Shown one piece after another: positions 63,256 to 64,000 of a stretch of DNA of 64,000 bases. The notes under the pieces are model-generated. The model saw only the letters and a list, made by a program, of their open reading frames with translations, was not told where the DNA came from and searched no databases. The translations under genes and the position numbers were made by a program. The stretch comes from Camelus dromedarius (Eukaryota), in NCBI RefSeq assembly GCF_036321535.1, contig NC_087437.1, positions 42,906,001 through 42,970,000 of the forward strand, written 5' to 3'. Positions within the stretch are counted from its first letter, which is position 1. Every line of letters starts with the position of its first letter.

Positions 63256-63673
63256 TGTGATTCTTTTGGAAGTGAGTTGCTAGATGCCCAGCTAAAAGTG
63301 ACTTAAAAATGAGGATTTATGTTTCTGTGTCAGGAGATTTCTAACCATGTTTAGACATTTTTATGCATGTTTAATTCAACAAACAGTGTTGATGCTCTAG
63401 GGTCTTGTCATTCCCCTCATGGTTACAAGGCAGCTAGCTGCAGCAGTTGTAAGGAAGTGTCCTCACATAGGACATGTTTTTATCTATCTCAATGTTTCAC
63501 ATTTCATGGAAGAAAAACCTTTCGAGAAGCCACCAGCAGAGGTCACTTAGATTTCACTGGCCAATACTGGAATACATTTTCTGGCTACAAGGGAGGCATC
63601 TTTAGCCTCAGTGGTGGGAGACAGAAAGAAGAGGCAATGACCACTGGGTGGGCAGCAGAATGCTCTCTGCCAC
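63256..63673 (-). mobile_element. Old MLT1 LTR (K-N type) within L2 sequence
   Basis: cccagctaaaagtgacttaaa...ccctcatggttacaagg...agaagccaccagcaga...cactggccaa...ends ctctgccaca. Confidence 0.6.
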
Positions 63674-64000
63674 ATTACTTCAGTGTTGCTTCCAACAGAT
63701 CCTTCTCCAAAAGAGTTTTCACATTGATTAGTGATAGCAGCTCCATTGCGGTTTTTGGTTTTTACTTCATGTGATCTCCCTCCTTTTTGGAAAAAAAAAA
63801 AAAAAAAAACAAGCAAAAAGCTTCTTCCTTTGAATTCACAAACATCATGCTCTTCTATATTTCTTTCTCATTTGTCTGCGTCTTCTCAGTGGCTTCCCAT
63901 TGTTCTTAGGATAAACCCAAATGCCTACCCTAGCCTACCAGTTCATGTGTGTTTTATGGCTAGATTCCCCTGCTATTCTAACTCTGCCAAAGAGCACACC

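Larger units (their letters stand above)
20532..64000 (+). other. Probable long first intron (may hide small non-coding exons)
   Basis: Donor sites on +; excess poly-T runs and mostly antisense L1/SINE insertions downstream of the island; no coding exon recognised. Confidence 0.5.

Noticed and set aside
63745..63757. attgcggtttttg, resembling part of the MADE1 mariner MITE
   Set aside because: Only 13 bp, with no TIRs or second arm; consistent with chance.

Overview
This window is mammalian genomic DNA, most likely camelid (camel, alpaca or vicuna). The assignment rests on two tRNA-derived Vic-1-type SINEs and a young L1 whose 3' UTR resembles camelid L1s, both recognised from memory of consensus sequences rather than a database search. 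No protein-coding gene is supported: the listed ORFs are chance frames, GC-rich artefacts or transposon remnants. The core is a bipartite CpG-island promoter at about 19.4-22.3 kb with one strong and one weaker + strand splice donor. It is probably the 5' end, with alternative first exons, of a large + strand gene that I cannot name, and whose first intron appears to run past the end of the window. The rest is a mosaic of old repeats (L2, MIR, L3, MLT1, LTR33, MER5, MER20, Kanga, L1M) plus lineage-specific insertions (an ERV1-type solo LTR, an L1 with a 17-bp TSD, Vic-1). I see no evidence of a new multi-gene biological system. The most notable observations are small-scale: a 23-bp segment copied exactly from 2.2 kb away into the young L1 next to a 12-bp tandem duplication, several snap-back inverted duplications, a sense-oriented intact solo LTR in the putative intron, and non-B-DNA and RNA-structure elements at the promoter. 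Boundaries of old repeats are approximate and subfamily names are tentative.
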